From Catajapyx aquilonaris (Eukaryota): a stretch of 57,429 nt of DNA. The stretch is taken from positions 1 through 57,429 of the forward strand of contig KZ538632.1 of the NCBI GenBank assembly GCA_000934665.2, in the 5' to 3' direction. The notes under the pieces were generated by a model, which saw nothing but the letters and a program-made list of their open reading frames with translations, searched no databases and was not told the DNA's origin. This document shows positions 52,301 to 57,429 of the stretch, one piece after another (position 1 is the first letter of the stretch; every line of letters begins with the position of its first letter). The translations under genes and the position numbers were made by a program.

Positions 52301-55300
52301 GTAGGGGGAGGAGAAGGGGGGAGGGGGTCTAGATTGCAAACGTGACATGCAGTGCCAGCACCTCCACCTTCATGGAGGTAAATTGGCTTGCGGGTAGTGC
52401 TCGCAGTGGAAGTAGGTGATTTCCCTGAAATTTTTACTCAGAACACAATATTTTCTTACCACTACTTTTCTATTGAACTATTATCATCAAAAATTTTGCA
52501 AAATAAAGAAGGAAAAAAGGTCTGCAGCTAACTTGTAGGCTAATTTTTGCCAAATTGTCCATATTTCATGCCAATTCACTACAAAAATCTTGCATCATGC
52601 AAGGATGAAACGTACCCAACGGTACCCAAGTGGAATGATAGTACCTTTATGATTTTTTCATTCAATATCTTACACAAATCGTTCCAGTTTTTTTTAATAT
52701 CATAAAATTTATTATTTTTTGAAAGAGAATATTCGACTTGCATTTTCTGACGGCTTTCACAGGGAGTTGAGGGCCGATGCGATGCAGCTCGTACTGTAAT
52801 TAATTGTTGCACACTGACCCTGGTCCGCCCCTGAGCCCATACCCTGATTTAGACCCCCAGCACTATACCCATGCAAACTTTCGCCAATTTAGCCACGCAC
52901 AAGGTGGTGGTAGCCACATTTTGAGGGCAAAGGGTTGGTGGGTGGGTGGCGGGGGAAGTAACTATGATGGTGGGGGGATAATGGATGACAACCTCGGCTG
53001 CCTTGCACCAAATGCCCGAGGATCGAAGGTGGAACCTGGGGGAGCCATCGCCCTTTCTTTTTTCTTTCTTTTTTTTTCTTTCCTTCTTTCCCTTTTTTTA
53101 CCCCCACCTTCCTGCACTGTGCCCATAATTCTCCCTTCCTTGATGATGCATGTGAAGCCTAAATAGATCTTGCATGTGATGGCACCCAAGTGCATGGTTT
53201 TTAAGTCTCCAAAAACCTCTGCGCGTTCTATACCCTTTTTTCCCCCCCATCCATGACAGTTGGGGTTGCAACGATGTCTCTATTATTTGGCGTGCTGATG
53301 CAGGATAATTTGAATCTTTCATGCGACTATGGGAATTATTGGAGATCTGACGTGACTGTAAGTGACAACGGAAATTATGACAATGAGGTCAATGATGTGC
53401 GCAGTTGTGTGGGGCACCAGCACCAGTGTAGCAGACTACAAAAAATATATAGAGCGCCGCCATCTATTGCAACCGGATTATTTGCATATTTGAGTCAGTA
53501 TTGGGATGAGATTCAGGTCATACTGTTATGATACGACCTACCTCACAGCTTATAAACTATAGGGTACATAACCACCATAAGTCTCCTCCAAAAAATCTCA
53601 GCTACTCAATCCTAATCCAATCATCTAAAACAAAAGGTGGGTGGGGGGGGGGGGGGTTGACTCCATTTTACACAACCCAGGATGTCCCCCCTCCAGAAAA
53701 TCCTATCCTCCATCATTCCCCCTTCCCTTCCCCCTTCCCCCCCACCAAACCCTACCCGCCCTCCCCCACCGCAGGTCGGCCGTGTCTTTGCAATTTGGGC
53801 CCCGAAGGCCTCACGCATGCGGAGCAATCATTTCTTATTGAGCGAAGGGGCCGGTGTCAATACCCCGCGTAAAATTACGTGCGTGAGCGGCTTGCATCGG
53901 ACCCACCCTGCGAGTCAATGCAGATACTCGGCTCCAAAGGGGGGAGAGTATCTCCCCTCGCCTCCACACCCCACATCTCCCCAAAGCTTTGTCTAGAACA
54001 TGAAGAGAGAGAGAGAAGGGGGAGGGCATAGGGGAGGGAAAAACCTTCCAAAGGATGCCACCTTTTGCCAAATGTATATGGGGGGATTCGCAGAAATTGG
54101 CAACTTTGGGGAGAATGTGAGTCAAGTTCAAGCTTTTGTCTGATGGGAAGGACAGGGACTTATATGTTGAATGTGGAAGGAAAAGTTCGGCCTGGTTCTA
54201 GAGGGAAAATGTGTCACAATTTATGAACTGACCATACTCAATATTTTGTTAAATGTATTGAAGGCATAAGTGGGAAATGGGAAGAATAATTGAATGGCAA
54301 TACAAATAAATATGTAGGTAGTATACAGAATATTACATACACTGCAATTTCCTTGTTTGCTGAGTATCAGTTGCATGACAGTGGCAATGTCGCTCTCATG
54401 TTATGTAATGTCATACAACTTTTTTGCCCTTCGAACAAGCTTACAGTAACATAGGAGGCAGCCTCCCAGGAAGCAAGCTGAGCACCGCCTTTCACACGTG
54501 GATAACTAATGAGAGGCATATCTGTCGTCATCAAGGTTCTAACATACCGGTATACAAAATGGTCTAGACTACATATGGTCATTCATCTTGACCGTTACTG
54601 CCAATCCTTCGTACCTATTTGTTCGGTGGGGTAGCCTAGTATCTAGGATGAATTCATAATAAACACAGTCCACTATATTGTACTTTGCACAGTCAGTTGG
54701 TGCAGTGCCCATGCAGTCAATATAGTCCGACAGACCTGTAGTACTGTACAGTGCTACAGGTAAGCTAAGTGTGTGCTCACACAATATATGTCTCAACTGA
54801 TGTTGACGTAGCAAATATTTGCTATTCATTTCGTGCTCTCTGTATTTTTTAACAAAATAAGCCTGAAATATGTCACGATAATATTTACGAGGTTGAGACA
54901 AGCAAGTAACTTATTTCGCGTGACATATCAACCAATTAGCACTACCGGCCGACGTAGGTATTCATATCGGCATAAACCTTACGCACTTAAAAGTTATATA
55001 GCCTTAAGTGGAGGATGCGGTGTAGGTGGAAGCGAAGTCGTAACTGGAGCAGTTTGTGCGTAGTTGTATAGAAGGTCAGCTGTTACTGCGTGTATACAGG
55101 TTTGAACATCGGTGTCATGTTTTATACTTAACTTCGAAGAATTTTTGTGTTTTCCTTTTGTTTATACAGGCCTGCCGAAAGCTGATACAAACTATGTGAA
55201 CAATAGGCTCCGCGTGTTTATACTTTCCACCAAACAGGCCAACACATGGCATAGCCGAAGGCAAAATAACTGTTGCTCTATACTGCGTATGAATACTATG

Positions 55301-56354
55301 AAACGTAACGCCATAACGTAACGCGTCTGTTATTGCACCATTGAAAACTATTTTGACTTTGGTCTACTTATGAACATGTAACTATTTATGAACATGCAAC
55401 CTATCGAATTAATAATGCAGTTAGTAAGTCTGAATGTGATATCACTTACCTAATATATATTGAAATTGATGGAATTGCCGGAAAGCGAGGGATGATTTTA
55501 ACATTTTTTTGCTTAATGACACCATGCCCATTGGCACTTATAATGATTCTTGGGCAATTTGATGATATATCACTGCTGTAGAAACGGCAAAATTAGCCAG
55601 ATTCGCTTACCTGCTAACTAATTAGCATGCCAATCATATCCAGATGCATAAGTACAAACAAGCCCAGGCTAAAACACCCAATTAGCTTTGTCAATGAGAT
55701 GTTTATTTTCGCGGAAACTACATATTTGCATCACATTGTTTCATATGCACACTATGAGCCGGCTCTATTCGTGGTTATGTTGACATTCCATATGATCATA
55801 ATAGTGCAGTGGAACTCTGGTATACTATTATTGTGCAAACAAGCTAATAAAAAACGACAGAAGGAAATCATGCTAATTTTTAATGACCTGCATTTAATTC
55901 TATGTCACCGAGCTTGTACTGCGCTCTATTGGTTTTACCTGATGATGTTACATCGGTGGATTTATTTAATTTCAAGTCTGCAAAATGTAACCTTCATCTG
56001 AATATTATTTTCACAAAGTGAATGGGCCTAATGCAAAATAAGATTACAAGCACCTGGAGCACTATTAAGACAATCGATAAAAATGACGAACGGAGGTTCG
56101 TCACGCCTAATTTAGCGGCACATCTTAAGAAGAGGATCAATCACACCATTCAATTCAAGGCTATATTCTTCAGGAGCTAAAATAACACGAAACCAAACTT
56201 CTTGCGACATTACACTCCCTACTTCAATCGAAAAAATCTCATTACAATTTGACACATGCTGCAAGGACAAGTTATGCAAAGAGGAGTAGCATATCAAATC
56301 ATCATTACGGTGTAACAAGCCAGGGGAAACTTTCAATTACGGAATTTATTATTA

Positions 56355-56877
56355 CAGTTGAATCCGGATATAACAGACTTCAAGAGACCGCGGGAAAAAG
56401 TAGGTTATATAACCGAGGTTTGTTATGGTCAGATCAGGAATTTTGCAACAAATACACAAAGTTTTCTGCTTTCCATAAGAATATAATGCACACTACTGCA
56501 TACTGATTAATAAAACTATCCACAATAATTCAAAATTATATCACCCGAAAATTAGGCAGGACCCCCAAAAAATCAACAATTTCTCCTACCGCCTTGTTCT
56601 GGCCAAATATACCAGAAAAAGAATGATTTTGACCATTTCAGAAAGTGTTAGATCAGTGACAGGTGGGAAAATAACCCCTTTCCAGTATGCACTGCTTTTC
56701 TCGCGCCGGAAAGGAAGCTGAATAATCAAAAACGGCATATTTTCCAAGAAATGGTATGTTACAGCCGAGGTGAGTTGAAAATGAGTCAGTTATATCAGGA
56801 GTAAAAGAAATATAGCCTTTCGAGTCTGTTATAACCGAAAGTCCGTTATAGCCAAGGCTGTTATATTCGGATTCAAC

Positions 56878-56879
<2 letters not shown>
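56355..56879. mobile_element. Non-autonomous pogo/Tigger-like (Tc1/mariner superfamily) MITE, about 525 bp
   Basis: 22-bp TIRs cagttgaatccggatataacag / ctgttatattcggattcaactt (2 mismatches), TA on both sides, subterminal gttata/tataac motifs and no transposase. Confidence 0.82.

Positions 56880-56953
<74 letters not shown>
56880..56953 (+). repeat. (ATT)n microsatellite
   Basis: Read directly; it starts at the MITE's right-hand TA. Confidence 0.98.
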
Positions 56954-56958
56954 GACTA

Positions 56959-57200
56959 CCGAAGCAGGTTGGCATAGTGGATAAGGCGTCCGACTGCTAA
57001 TCGGGAGGTCCTGGGGGCCGGCAACCCGTGGTTTTCTGTTGTTTTCCACGGTCCCCCAGGATAATTCCGGGGTCGCTTCCGAATAATAGGCCACAGCCGC
57101 TTCCTTCCGCCACTATCATTGGCCCCATCCAATGGTGGTACTCCACCCCCCCTAATGGAGCGCCGATTCTCCCTATGGGGTATAAATAATATAAATAAAT
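56959..57200 (+). mobile_element. tRNA-derived SINE with the B box deleted
   Basis: A box TGGCATAGTGG (56970-56980) and tRNA-like head (ggcgtccgactgctaatcgggaggtcctggg). The body ggttttc...ttttcc...ccagg...ccggg...taggccacagccgcttccttcc resembles widespread arthropod SINE bodies. AT-rich tail near 57181-57200. Confidence 0.78.
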
Positions 57201-57429
57201 ATTAGATTCTCTACGTGGCCTGACAAGTCACTGGAGGATCCATTGTAATGGTAAATGCCGTGATTATTATTATTATTATTACACGATTTTTATATGAGAT
57301 TTGACGCGAACTTGCTTATTACACACGCCTACATGTAATCGTAATTTTTTTCCTTAATTTTCTGCCCGTAAAGCCTGTCCTACGCACATGAACCAAACCC
57401 GTACCGGTACCTCTCCTCCTCTATTTTAA

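Noticed and set aside
56113..56289. Open + frame after a weak acceptor (RHILRRGSITPFNSRLYSS...)
   Set aside because: No recognisable domain and no linked upstream exon, so it cannot be supported.
56959..57030. Possible tRNA gene
   Set aside because: There is no T-arm or B box and no acceptor stem, and it continues into a SINE-like body.

Overview
Eukaryotic genomic DNA with spliceosomal introns, most likely from an arthropod (tramtrack-type BTB domains, cuticle-type low-complexity protein, nudel-like gene end, arthropod-type tRNA SINE). It is a draft assembly with two N gaps. I reconstructed four genes by hand from splice sites and exon phases. (1) The last two exons of a + strand LDLa/SRCR-like gene ending at 8296, probably the serine protease nudel. 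(2) A - strand 3-exon gene (22144-20903, 15076-14894, 10981-9275; about 1043 aa) with three tandem divergent tramtrack-like BTB domains and 15 C2H2 zinc fingers; this is the most unusual element in the window. (3) A + strand 5-exon secreted, modular low-complexity protein (33689-40040; 416 aa) with Gly/Tyr-rich, 8-residue-periodic Val/Pro/Lys and Ala/Tyr/Pro blocks, preceded by a TATA promoter. (4) PET100 on the - strand (40691-40443). The rest is intronic or intergenic DNA with several MITEs (Tc1/mariner-, pogo- and hAT-type ends), a tRNA-derived SINE, microsatellites and several near-perfect hairpins. I could not support any coding exon in 45-57 kb. All assignments come from reading the sequence; no database searches were run.
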